In this document: positions 28,053 through 40,459 of the stretch, piece by piece
How positions within the stretch are numbered: position 1 is the first letter of the stretch
Layout of the letters: every line of letters begins with the position of its first letter
Origin: an uncultured Thermoleophilia bacterium
GTDB taxonomy: Bacteria > Actinomycetota > Thermoleophilia > UBA2241
Direction: 5' to 3'
NCBI GenBank assembly: GCA_963829205.1
Contig: CAWHHT010000012.1
Coordinates: forward strand, 324,540 to 388,539
Length of the DNA: 64,000 bases
Translations under genes and position numbers: made by a program
Notes under the pieces: model-generated
Seen by the model: the letters and a program-made list of their open reading frames with translations, nothing else
What the model was told of the DNA's origin: nothing
Databases searched by the model: none

Positions 28053-28766
28053 TCAGCCGCCGGCGAGCTGCGTGCGCCCGAGGAGACGGGCGCGCAGCGC
28101 CCGCCGGTCGGCCGCGCCGAGCTTGCGCAGCACCGCGCGGGCGTGCGCCCTCGCGGTGGCGGCGGATATGAAGAGGCGCGCGGCCACCTCGGAGTCGGTC
28201 TCGCCGGCCAGCAGGAGCACGAGGACGTCGGCCTCTCGCGAGCTGAGTCCAGCGTCCGCGAGCGTGCCCGGCGGCGGATAGACGAAGCGCGGGCGGCCAC
28301 CGGCCGCGCGAAGCAGCAGCACGACGTCGCAGCAGGCGTGCAGCCGGTGAGCAGCGGCGAGCTCCGGTGGACCGGCCGCGTAGCCGACGGTCAGCGCCGG
28401 GGTGCGCCGGCCGCGTCCGGCGGAGTCGTCGCGGCGGCGGCACCTCGGGCACGAGCCGGCGTCGTCGAGGCCGACGAAATGGACGGCCGCGGGGCTCCGC
28501 GGATCGTCGGCCCTCCCGCCACCGGCGACGACGAAGCCGAGATCGGCGGCGGCCGCGGCGGCGTGCAGACGCAGGAGCTCGTCGCACTCGTGCACCCGCG
28601 CGGTGGCCGCCGCGGCCGCCGGGAACACCCAGCCGGCGGCCCGCTCGCGCGGGCCGCCGGCCCCCAGGGGGAGGGTGGGGGTGGGGGGCTGGAGGAGACC
28701 GCCGTCTGCCTCGACGGGGAAGACGGTGAGCTCGGTCGAGCCATCACACGACGAGTTCGGGGTCAT
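28053..28766 (-). CDS. LuxR-family transcriptional regulator with uncharacterised N-terminal domain
   Basis: GGAGG RBS before ATG 28766. C-terminal HTH is LSSREADVLVLLLAGETDSEVAARLFISAATARAHARAVLRKLG. Confidence 0.7.
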   Translation of the reverse strand: MTPNSSCDGSTELTVFPVEADGGLLQPPTPTLPLGAGGPRERAAGWVFPAAAAATARVHECDELLRLHAAAAAADLGFVVAGGGRADDPRSPAAVHFVGLDDAGSCPRCRRRDDSAGRGRRTPALTVGYAAGPPELAAAHRLHACCDVVLLLRAAGGRPRFVYPPPGTLADAGLSSREADVLVLLLAGETDSEVAARLFISAATARAHARAVLRKLGAADRRALRARLLGRTQLAGG

Positions 28767-29125
28767 CACGACCTCCCATGGGCAGGGCCGGCGGCGCCGG
28801 AGGGCTGGGGGCCCTGAGCGCCGGCGGGGCTTGTGCGCCCGCCGCCGGAGATCGTGGCCCGAGCAGCATAGCTGCGCCGGCGCGGGCTGTCGTCGGCCCT
28901 CGGGTTGAGCCGCTGCCGCGCGCCGGAGGCTCCGCGCGCCGGCGCATCCACCCCAGGGTTGAACTCGCGCCGGCCGGTGGTTCACGTTCCTGCCTCGGCA
29001 ACGTTGACGTGGCGGCGGTTTCCCAGCTCAGGGTGAAACGGCTACAGTTAGCCGCTAGGTCAGGCGAAGCACATCGGCCCGCGCGCGACGCCCGGCGCGG
29101 GCCGCAACGCGGGAGGTCGCGCGCC

Positions 29126-30940
29126 GTGGGGATCAAGCTCATCGAACGACTCGCCGCCGTCGCGGCGGTCTGCCCGGACTACCGGCCGTACGCGGTCTCA
29201 CCCGACGGCCGTACGCTGGCCTTCCAGTGGTATCGCGACGGCGACTGGCAGATCTTCACGCTGGACCTCGAGGGCGGCGAGCCGCGCCGGGTCGGGGACG
29301 TCGACGACCCGTGCTGGTCGCCGGTGTTCTCCCCCGACGGACGCTACCTGTACTTCTCGCGTGACGACCGCGGCTCGGAGCGCTTCGACTTCTACCGCTG
29401 CGAGCTCGCCAGCGGGCGCCTCGAGGACCTGCTCCCCGACACGCCCGACTTCTCCCCGCTTCAGGACTTCGACCTGTCGCCAGACGGCGGGCGCATCGCC
29501 ATGACCGCCTCGCACGGCGCCGGCTACAGCATCGCCGTGATGCCGGCGGCGGTCACGCCGCGCGGCGACGGCATCGTGCACCTTTTCGAGTGCCCGTACA
29601 CCGAGGCCTCGCCGCGCTGGTCGCCCGACGGCACGCGCCTGGCCGTGGCCTGTGGCACCCGCGGCCAGGACACGGCGGTCTACGTCGTCGACGCGCAGAC
29701 CGGCGACATCACCGTGGTCGGCGGCGGCGACCACTTCTTCGCCGCCCACCCAGCCTGGTCGCCGGACGGGCGCTCGCTCGCCTTCAACGGCGGCCCGGGC
29801 GACCACCCGGCGATCGGCCTCTACGACCTCGCGTCGGGCGGCGTGAGCTGGCTGTGGGACGGGGCGCTGGACGCGCACCACCCCACCTGGGCGCCGGACG
29901 GGACCGGCCTCGCCTTCCTCGTCGACTGCGAGGCAGAGACCGGTCTGTGCCACATCGATCTGCGGACCGGCGCCGTGAGCGAGGTCAGCGTCGGCGCCGG
30001 CAACCACTACGCGCCGAGCTTCACGCCGGACGGCTCGGCGCTCCTCTGCGTGTTCAGCGGACCGGGCGTGCCCGGCGACATCTACAGGGTGGACCTCGCC
30101 GACGGCTCCCCGACCCCGCTGACCGAGTCGTTGCCGGCCGAGCTCTCGGGGCACGACTTCCGCAGCGGCGCGCCGGTCCACTTCCGCAGCCGGGACCATC
30201 TCGCCGAGGTGCCCGGCCTCCTCGTCGAGCCGGAGGAGCCCAACGGCGCCGGCGTCGTGATGATCCACGGCGGGCCGACCTGGCATCACTCCAACGAGTG
30301 GGACACGCTGCGCCAGGCGTTCGTCGCCGCCGGCGTCACCGTGATCCACCCGAACTACCGCGGCAGCGACGGCTACGGCCGCACCTGGCAGCTCGCCAAC
30401 CGCTTCCTCATGGGCCAGGGCGAGGCGCTCGACTGCGCCGCCGCTCACGAGTACCTGGTCGCGCTCGGGTGCGACCCTGCGCGCATCGCCGTGACCGGCC
30501 GCAGCTGGGGCGGGTTCCTCACGATGGCGATGGTCACGCAGTTCCCCGAGCTCTGGGCGGCGGGCGTAGCCGGCGTGCCCTTCTTCGACTTCATCGACTC
30601 CGCCACGGACCCCGCCATCCGGGAGGATCTGCGCTGGTGGGACCGCGAGAACACCGGCGACCCCGTGAAGGATCGGGCCAAGCTCGAGTACTACTCACCC
30701 ATCAGCCACCTCGACCGCATCCAGGCGCCGCTCCTCCTGCTCGCCGGCGAGCTGGACCCGCGCTGCCCCCCGCGGCAGTCTCGGGAGGTGGCGCGGATGC
30801 TGGCCGAGCGCGGCAAGCTGTGCGAGGTGGTCGTGTACCCCGACGAGGGGCACGAGATCAGTGGTCTCGAGCACCGCATCGACTACGACGTGCGCACCGT
30901 GGAGTTCATTCTCGAGCACGTCGGCGTGCAGACGGACTAG
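29126..30940 (+). CDS. S9 prolyl-oligopeptidase-family serine peptidase with N-terminal beta-propeller (TolB/WD40-like)
   Basis: Repeated SPDG motifs (VSPDGRTLAF, FSPDGRYLYF, LSPDGGRIAM, WSPDGTRLAV, WSPDGRSLAF, WAPDGTGLAF, FTPDGSALL). Nucleophile GRSWGG. PDEGHE near the C-terminus. GGGAGG RBS lies 9 nt before GTG 29126. Confidence 0.8.
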   Translation: MGIKLIERLAAVAAVCPDYRPYAVSPDGRTLAFQWYRDGDWQIFTLDLEGGEPRRVGDVDDPCWSPVFSPDGRYLYFSRDDRGSERFDFYRCELASGRLEDLLPDTPDFSPLQDFDLSPDGGRIAMTASHGAGYSIAVMPAAVTPRGDGIVHLFECPYTEASPRWSPDGTRLAVACGTRGQDTAVYVVDAQTGDITVVGGGDHFFAAHPAWSPDGRSLAFNGGPGDHPAIGLYDLASGGVSWLWDGALDAHHPTWAPDGTGLAFLVDCEAETGLCHIDLRTGAVSEVSVGAGNHYAPSFTPDGSALLCVFSGPGVPGDIYRVDLADGSPTPLTESLPAELSGHDFRSGAPVHFRSRDHLAEVPGLLVEPEEPNGAGVVMIHGGPTWHHSNEWDTLRQAFVAAGVTVIHPNYRGSDGYGRTWQLANRFLMGQGEALDCAAAHEYLVALGCDPARIAVTGRSWGGFLTMAMVTQFPELWAAGVAGVPFFDFIDSATDPAIREDLRWWDRENTGDPVKDRAKLEYYSPISHLDRIQAPLLLLAGELDPRCPPRQSREVARMLAERGKLCEVVVYPDEGHEISGLEHRIDYDVRTVEFILEHVGVQTD

Positions 30941-31036
30941 CAGGTCGCGCCAACGGTTTGCGGGGACACCTCCCGGGAAGGGCAGTGGTGCGTTTACGCA
31001 CACTATTCGTGACCCTTCACGGGACGGAGGTCCCTC

Positions 31037-31444
31037 ATGAGCCGGCAAGACACCGAGCGGGAGATCCGCGAATACCTCGGTCAAATACCCGACTTCTTTG
31101 CCAGCATGCCGGACCGCACGCTGGAACGTTCGTGGGACGAGTTCAAGGAATTCCAGCTCGGCGACACCATACTCACGGCGCGCGAGAAGCACTTGATCGG
31201 CTACGCCGTGGCGTCGGCCATCCACTGCCCGTACTGCACGTACTTCCACCAGAGCGCGACGCAGATGATGGGTACGACCGACGCGCAGCTGGAAGAGGCC
31301 GCGCGCATCGCCAGCGATACCCAGTTCTACAGTACGTACATCCATGCGCAGAACACTGACCTGGAAGACTTCAAAGACGCGACCGACGCGATGGGCGAGC
31401 ACCTGAGCAAGAAGGCCGAGGAGACTGCCCGCCGCGCCGCCTGA
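31037..31444 (+). CDS. carboxymuconolactone decarboxylase (AhpD-like) family protein
   Basis: LTAREKHLIGYAVASAIHCPYCTYFH contains the CxxC of the AhpD/CMD family. Confidence 0.8.
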   Translation: MSRQDTEREIREYLGQIPDFFASMPDRTLERSWDEFKEFQLGDTILTAREKHLIGYAVASAIHCPYCTYFHQSATQMMGTTDAQLEEAARIASDTQFYSTYIHAQNTDLEDFKDATDAMGEHLSKKAEETARRAA

Positions 31445-31465
31445 CCGGCGTCGTCCCTCGGCCCC

Positions 31466-31507
31466 GGCGCCCCCCGGGCGGCGCTTTGCGCCGCTGCGGG
31501 GGGCGCC
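31466..31507 (+). terminator. GC-rich hairpin after the CMD-family gene
   Basis: GGCGCCCCCC...GGGGGGCGCC outer stem with an internal GCGGCGC/GCGCCGC pairing. No T-tract. Confidence 0.4.
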
Positions 31508-31587
31508 CTTCGCGGGCTCCAGCGGGGACCTCATCTGCGATAGACTCAGCCCTGTCCCCGTACACTCTCTCCAGGCAGGTGGAGCCG

Positions 31588-31839
31588 ATGAACGTCCGCG
31601 TCTACGTCACCCCCAAGCATGGGATCCTCGACCCTCAAGGCGCGGCCGTGGAACGCTCGCTGCCCAACCTCGGGTTCACCGGGGTGAGCGGCGTCCAGAT
31701 CGGCAAGATCATCGACCTCACGATCGACGGCCCGGGCCTCACCGCCGACGCCGCCCGCGAGCAAGTCGACGACATGTGCCGGCGCCTGCTCGCCAACCCG
31801 ATCATCGAGGATTACACCTTCGAGATCAGCGAGGGCTGA
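31588..31839 (+). CDS. purS: phosphoribosylformylglycinamidine synthase subunit PurS
   Basis: 83 aa: MNVRVYVTPKHGILDPQGAAVERSL..LANPIIEDYTFEI. It lies directly upstream of purQ. Confidence 0.9.
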   Translation: MNVRVYVTPKHGILDPQGAAVERSLPNLGFTGVSGVQIGKIIDLTIDGPGLTADAAREQVDDMCRRLLANPIIEDYTFEISEG

Positions 31840-31842
31840 GGC

Positions 31843-34862
<3,020 letters not shown>

Positions 34863-34882
34863 CGATCGGCAGGGCACACACC

Positions 34883-36316
34883 GTGTACGACGACCGCCTC
34901 CACGACAGTTGTGGCGTCTTCGGCATCCACGCGCCGGGGCGCGACGTCGCGCGTCTCACGTTTTTCGGCCTCTACGCGCTGCAGCACCGCGGCCAGGAGA
35001 GTGCCGGCATCGCCGTGAGCGACGAGGGCCAGGTCACGGTCATCAAGGACCTCGGCCTGGTGAGCCAGGTGTTCAACGAGCAGATGCTCACCAGCCTCAG
35101 CGGGCAGCACGCCATCGGCCACGTGCGGTACTCCACCACGGGGTCGGGCCACTGGCAGAACTCGCAGCCGCTGGTGCGCAGCCGCAACGGCGACGTGATC
35201 GCCCTGGGCCACAACGGCAACCTGGTCAACACCACCGAGCTGCGCGACGAGCTCCTCGCCGAGGGCGTCAAGTTCGCCGGCACCACCGACACCGAGGTCA
35301 TCACGGCGCTCATCGCGCACGAGGCGGAGGGCGACCTGCTCGGCGCCGTGCGCACCGCGGTCGCCAAGATCCGCGGCGCCTTCTCGGCGACCGTCATGAG
35401 CGGCGACGCGCTGGTCGGCTTCCGCGACCCCTACGGCGTGCGTCCGCTGTGCCTCGGCAGCTACGAGGGCCACCCCGTCTTCAGCAGCGAGACCTCGGGC
35501 CTCGACATCATCGGCGCCCAGTTCGTGCGCGAGATCCAGCCGGGCGAGATCGTCATCGCCGACAGCGAGCACGGCCTGCGCAGCGCGCGCGTGGAGCTCG
35601 AGGGCGCCCGCCCCGCGCTCTGCATCTTCGAGTTCATCTATTTCGCCCGTCCCGACAGCGTGATGAGCGGCAAGACGCTGCACGTCGTGCGCCAGGAGAT
35701 GGGCAAGCACCTGGCCCTGGAGGCGCCGGTCGAGGCCGACCTCGTGATCCCCGTGCCCGACACCGGCATGCCGGCGGCGATCGGCTACGCCGCCGCCTCC
35801 GGCATCCCCTACGCCGAGGGTCTCATCAAGAACCGCTACGTCCACCGCACGTTCATCCAGCCCGACGATCAGCTGCGCCAGGTCGGCATCCGCATGAAGC
35901 TCAATCCGCTGACCTCCGTCATCCGCGGCAAGCGGCTCGTGGTCGTCGACGACTCGATCGTCCGCGGCAACACGACCGGCAAGCTCGTGGACATGCTCAT
36001 GAGCGCCGGCGCCAAAGAAGTGCACCTGCGCATCAGCTCCCCGCCGATCCAGTGGCCCTGCTACTACGGCATCGACATGGCCACGCGCGCCGAGCTCATC
36101 GCGGCGAATCTCTCGGTCGACGAGATCCGCGACAAGGTCGGCGCCACGAGTCTGCACTACCTCACCCTCGATGGCCTCCAGGCCAGCACCGGCCTGCCCA
36201 AGAGTCAGTTCTGCCGCGCCTGCTTCGACGGCGACTACCCCATCGCCGTCCCCGAGGAGTACGCGATGTGCAAGATGCGCTTCGAGAAGGGTGCGCCTGC
36301 GGCCTGCGAACCCTGA
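34883..36316 (+). CDS. purF: amidophosphoribosyltransferase
   Basis: GTG start. N-terminal nucleophile context SCGVFGIH. PRTase motif VVVDDSIVRGNT. Confidence 0.9.
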   Translation: MYDDRLHDSCGVFGIHAPGRDVARLTFFGLYALQHRGQESAGIAVSDEGQVTVIKDLGLVSQVFNEQMLTSLSGQHAIGHVRYSTTGSGHWQNSQPLVRSRNGDVIALGHNGNLVNTTELRDELLAEGVKFAGTTDTEVITALIAHEAEGDLLGAVRTAVAKIRGAFSATVMSGDALVGFRDPYGVRPLCLGSYEGHPVFSSETSGLDIIGAQFVREIQPGEIVIADSEHGLRSARVELEGARPALCIFEFIYFARPDSVMSGKTLHVVRQEMGKHLALEAPVEADLVIPVPDTGMPAAIGYAAASGIPYAEGLIKNRYVHRTFIQPDDQLRQVGIRMKLNPLTSVIRGKRLVVVDDSIVRGNTTGKLVDMLMSAGAKEVHLRISSPPIQWPCYYGIDMATRAELIAANLSVDEIRDKVGATSLHYLTLDGLQASTGLPKSQFCRACFDGDYPIAVPEEYAMCKMRFEKGAPAACEP

Positions 36317-36358
36317 GCCGCGCCATCGCCGGCCCGAGGGCAGGGCCGGTCAGGCGCC

Positions 36359-37114
36359 CTACGCGAGGGTCAGCAGCGCCCGGACCTCGCTCAGGCTGTG
36401 CACCGTCGCCACTTGCCCATAGTCGATGCCGCTGTTGGTGCGGTCGAGGAAGATCGCCGCGCAGCCGCACGCACGCGCACCCGTGACGTCCGTCGGCAGA
36501 TTGCCGACGTACGCGAGATCCTCCAGCCTGACGCCGAGCGTGACCGCGAGCCACTCGAACGCCGCGCGGTGGGGTTTGCGCAGGCCGACGTCGACCGACG
36601 TGACGAACCCGTCAACGTAGGGCGCCAGCCCCGCGCGCACGAGGTCCGCGCGGATCGTGCGCCGCGGCATGCCGAAGGGCACGTTGGTCAGCGCGCCCAC
36701 CGCAAAGCCGGCCTGCTTGAGGGCGGCGAGCGTCTCCGCCGCGTCGGGATACGCCTCGAGGCCCGAACGGCAGAACGTGAAGGCTCCGTCCACGGCCGCC
36801 TCGACCCGCCTGGCGGCGCGCCCGCCCAGCTTCGTGAGCACATCCGTCATGACGTCCTCCGCGGAGACCCTCTCGATGCGCCCGCGGAGGTAGGCGCTGT
36901 AGCTGGCCATCCCGACATGGGCGGCCGCAATGTCAGCCTTTGATCGGTCGACGCCGCACGCCACGACGACCCTGTCCAGGGCGGGCCGCGTGCGCTCGAT
37001 CCAGCTCAGAGGGGGGCGCGCGTAGTGGTACAGCGTCTCGCCGAGGTCGAAACCGACGGCGGCCACGGCGATCTGGCCCGCGGCTGCCGCGGCCGGCGGC
37101 ACGCCGGCCGTCAT
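36359..37114 (-). CDS. HAD-superfamily hydrolase
   Basis: DLGETL (motif I-like), LTNVPFG, and YVGNLPTDVTGARACG (motif IV). Its start overlaps the stop of the upstream lipid-kinase gene. Confidence 0.75.
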   Translation of the reverse strand: MTAGVPPAAAAAGQIAVAAVGFDLGETLYHYARPPLSWIERTRPALDRVVVACGVDRSKADIAAAHVGMASYSAYLRGRIERVSAEDVMTDVLTKLGGRAARRVEAAVDGAFTFCRSGLEAYPDAAETLAALKQAGFAVGALTNVPFGMPRRTIRADLVRAGLAPYVDGFVTSVDVGLRKPHRAAFEWLAVTLGVRLEDLAYVGNLPTDVTGARACGCAAIFLDRTNSGIDYGQVATVHSLSEVRALLTLA

Positions 37115-38519
37115 CGGCGCGCGGCCTCTCTGCCGGCCTCCGCACGCTCTTCATCGGCGAGCTCGGCCGCCGGCCGGCCCAGGGCGATGCCGAGCAGCGC
37201 GCCGGGGCTGAAACCGCGCGCCCGCCGGCGCTCCGCTTCGATGAGCACGTCGCCGGGCACGAGCATGCGCAGGGCCCGCGGGTGCGTGCGGAACTCCAGC
37301 GGCGTCTCGAGTTCCAGGGCCTCGCCGTCGATGCCGGCATAGGCCTTGCCGCTGCGAGACCGCACTTCGAACGTCTCGGTCGTGAACTGATGCAGGCGCG
37401 GGTCGCGCTCGCCGAGGCCGAGCGCGGTCCGCGTGACGACCGCGGCCGCCTCGCGACCGCTGGCGGCGTTCACGGCGAAGACGCCGAGCGTCCCCGTGTC
37501 CATGCTGCGCCGCTGGGAGACGTCCAGCGACGGGCCGAGGATGTACGGGTTGTTGGACACCATGATGAGGAAGGAGTCGTCCACCTCGGCGCCCTCGGGC
37601 GTCGTGAACTGAAGGTCGAACGGCTCCGCTTGGCGACCAAGCATCTCGGGGAGCAGCTCCCTGGAGGTCTCGAGCTTCGCGTCGCGATAGCTGTCCTGCT
37701 GGACGATGGTCGCGTAGACGCCGAGCGACACGTTGTTCACGAAGAGGCGGTCGCCCACCGTCGCGAAGTCGATGAAGCGCTCGACGCCGTCGCGGAACGC
37801 CTCCATCCCCTTGCGCGGGTCCTCCTTGTCGAAGCCCAGGTCCTGCGCGAAGTGGTTGCGGGTGCCGGCCGAGATGCAGACGAACGGGAGGTGATGCTCA
37901 TGGGCGATGGAGGCCACAAGGGCCTGCGATCCATCGCCGCCCGCCATGCCGAGGCAGTCGGCGCCCCGGGCGATGGCGTCGCGAGCCAGCTCGGCCAGGT
38001 CAAGCCCGCGATCGAGCAGGACCGTCTCGACGCCCATCTGGGCGGCGATCTCGACGAGGCCGAACTTGGCGACCTTGCCGCCTCCCGACCATGGGTTGCA
38101 CAACAACACGGGCTTGCGCGGCCGGGCGCGCCGCCGCGCACGCGGTCGAGCTCGCGCAGGTCGGGGGCGAGGGCGGCGCGCCCGGCAACGGCCGCCACGA
38201 CCAGCGCCGCGAACACGATCGCGATGCGCAGGAGGGCGTTGTGCGACCCCTCGATCGCGCGCAGGAGCGCCAGGACGATGATGGCCGCGCCGGCGAGCAG
38301 ACCGATCACGCCGACGGCGCGACGCGGCAGACGCTCGGTGAGGATCCACCAGACACCTGCCACGGCGAGCGCGAGGCCTGCCAGGGCAGCGACCAGCCAG
38401 GGCAGGTTCCTCACGAGGAAGACGACCACGGCCACGACGAGGACGGCCGCCGCGACCAGCGAGACGACGGCGAGGACGCGGCGGCCCGGGGTCGGGGTGC
38501 TGCGAGCGACTGTCGACAT
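37111..38519 (-). pseudogene. diacylglycerol-kinase-family lipid kinase fused to an N-terminal 4-TM domain, one frame change
   Basis: The TM region MSTVARS..VVSLVAAAVLVVAVVVFLV..LAGLALAVAGVWWIL.. is in one frame. The DAGK catalytic domain VLLCNPWSGGGK..CLGMAGGDGSQALV..SAGTRNHFA is in another. The shift lies near 38130. Confidence 0.7.
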
Positions 38520-38664
38520 GCGCGGTACCTCCTCGGTGCGGCCTCCACGCGCAGCCTATGCGTGGAGCGACCGCGCGGCAACGAAAAGGCTCCGCCGCCC
38601 AGGGCGGGACGAGGGCGCGTGCGCCGCTGGCCGCTCCGCGCCTCGGCGACGTAGACTTGCTCGC

Positions 38665-38859
38665 ATGAGAGACGACCTCGACCCGGACGCCGCGCCCGAC
38701 CCCGCGCCCGACGACGACCCCGATCTGAACGACACGCCGGACGGCGACGAGGAGGCCCCGGCGGCGCCGGAAGCGCCGCCGTCGCCCTACGCCGACGACG
38801 TCGACGCGCTGGCGGACTCGGCGGCCGTTGCCGACGCGCCCGCCGGAGACGAGGCGTGA
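38665..38859 (+). CDS. very acidic Asp/Pro/Ala-rich 64-aa protein, possibly on a leaderless mRNA
   Basis: ATG 38665 lies 7 nt after a TAGACT -10-like hexamer (38652-38657). The stop overlaps the cls GTG start (GTGA). Composition is low-complexity, so coding status is uncertain. Confidence 0.35.
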   Translation: MRDDLDPDAAPDPAPDDDPDLNDTPDGDEEAPAAPEAPPSPYADDVDALADSAAVADAPAGDEA

Positions 38860-40376
38860 CGCCGACGATCGACGCGGTCATGACCACAGCGATCGCGGGC
38901 GCGCACTTCGCGGTCTTCAACCTGCGCATCACGAGCTTCGGCTTCTGGGCGCTCGATATCCTCCTGCTGCTGGCCATCGCCGGCGTCGTCATCGCGCTCG
39001 CCACCGACGACCGCGACCCCAGCATCGTCCTCGCCTGGCTGTTCGTCATCCTGCTGATCCCGGTGCTGGGCCTCGTCGCCTACTTCTTCATCGGGCGCAA
39101 CTTCCGGCGCGACTCGCCGCGCCGCCAGTGGGCGTCGCAGCAGATGAGAGCGGTCGAGAAGACGTCACTGACGCCGGTGATGGCGGCCAACACCGCCTTC
39201 ACCAAGACGACTGTGGCCGCTCTCGAAGGCACGCCCGGCGGGCGGATCGAGTCGACCGGGCAGACAGAGGGCACCGCCGTCCCGCTGCCGGCCGACACTG
39301 TGGACATCTACTTCCAGGGCGCGGAGAAGTTCCCCGCGTTGCTGGAGGACATGGCAGGAGCGCATCGCTACATCCACCTCATGTACCTCATCTGGAAGCA
39401 GGACGAGCTGACGGCCAAGGTCACGGACGTCCTGCTCGAGCGTCTGGCGGCGGGCGTCGAAGTGCACATCCTCTACGACTGGTTCAGCTGCCTCACCTAC
39501 AAGAAGGACGAGCTCCAGCGCCTCGCGGCGGCCGGCGCCACGGTGGCGCCGTGCTACAGACGCCTGCCACGCATCAACTACCGCAACCACATGAAGATGG
39601 CGATCATCGACGGCGAGACCGTGTACAGCGGCGGCATGAACATGGGGCAGGAGTACATCGACGGCGGGCCGCGTTTCGACGTTTGGCGCGACACGCATTT
39701 CCGCATGACCGGCCCGGTAGTGGCGCCATACCTGATGCTCTATGCCGCCACCTGGCTCCTCAACGGCGGCAAGGAGGACCTGGCCACCGCCTACATGCCG
39801 CCGCCGGCCGAGCATGGGCGCGGCGACGGCGTCGCCGTCCAGGTGCTGTACTCGAGCGTGGAGACCACCTTCAAGACGATCCGCGACGTGTTCATCACGG
39901 CTCTCGGCAGCGCGCGGCAGCGGGTGTGGGTGCAATCGCCGTACTTCGTGCCCGACGAGCCGCTGATGACGGCCATGTGCACCGCCGCGGCAAGCGGCGT
40001 CGACGTGCGGTTCATGATGACCGGCGTACCGGACAAGAAGATCCCGTTCTACGCCGCCCAGGCCTACTACCCGCAGCTGCTCAGATCCGGCGTGCGGGTC
40101 TACCAGTACAAAGCCGGCTTTCTGCACGCGAAGACCGTCACCGTGGACGACCAGCTGGCGATCATCGGCACGTGCAACTGGGACATCCGCAGCATCATCC
40201 TGCACGACGAGGTCGTCTCGGCCTTCTACGACGAGGGCATCGCCCGGCAGGTCGCGGAGCACTACGAGCACGACATCGAGAAGTGCGTCGAGATCACGCC
40301 CGAGGAGATCGAGTCGCTGAGCCGGCGCATCCGGTTCCGCAACTCGGTCTACCGGCTGTTCTCGCGGCTGCTCTAG
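38856..40376 (+). CDS. cls: cardiolipin synthase (PLD superfamily)
   Basis: Two N-terminal TM helices. Two HKD motifs: NHMKMAIIDGETVYSGGMN and LHAKTVTVDDQLAIIGTCNWD. Confidence 0.85.
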   Translation: MTPTIDAVMTTAIAGAHFAVFNLRITSFGFWALDILLLLAIAGVVIALATDDRDPSIVLAWLFVILLIPVLGLVAYFFIGRNFRRDSPRRQWASQQMRAVEKTSLTPVMAANTAFTKTTVAALEGTPGGRIESTGQTEGTAVPLPADTVDIYFQGAEKFPALLEDMAGAHRYIHLMYLIWKQDELTAKVTDVLLERLAAGVEVHILYDWFSCLTYKKDELQRLAAAGATVAPCYRRLPRINYRNHMKMAIIDGETVYSGGMNMGQEYIDGGPRFDVWRDTHFRMTGPVVAPYLMLYAATWLLNGGKEDLATAYMPPPAEHGRGDGVAVQVLYSSVETTFKTIRDVFITALGSARQRVWVQSPYFVPDEPLMTAMCTAAASGVDVRFMMTGVPDKKIPFYAAQAYYPQLLRSGVRVYQYKAGFLHAKTVTVDDQLAIIGTCNWDIRSIILHDEVVSAFYDEGIARQVAEHYEHDIEKCVEITPEEIESLSRRIRFRNSVYRLFSRLL

Positions 40377-40459
40377 GCCGGCGCCGGGTCCCCGGCGCGG
40401 TGCTGGCGGCCGCGAGCCCCTCAACGTAGACTTGCCCTGACGACTGGGGAAGGAGTCGC

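Noticed and set aside
28778-29125. 116-codon N-terminal extension of the S9 peptidase ORF
   Set aside because: The extension is Arg/Ala/Gly-rich and non-protein-like. A GGGAGG RBS precedes GTG 29126, from which the beta-propeller repeats begin.
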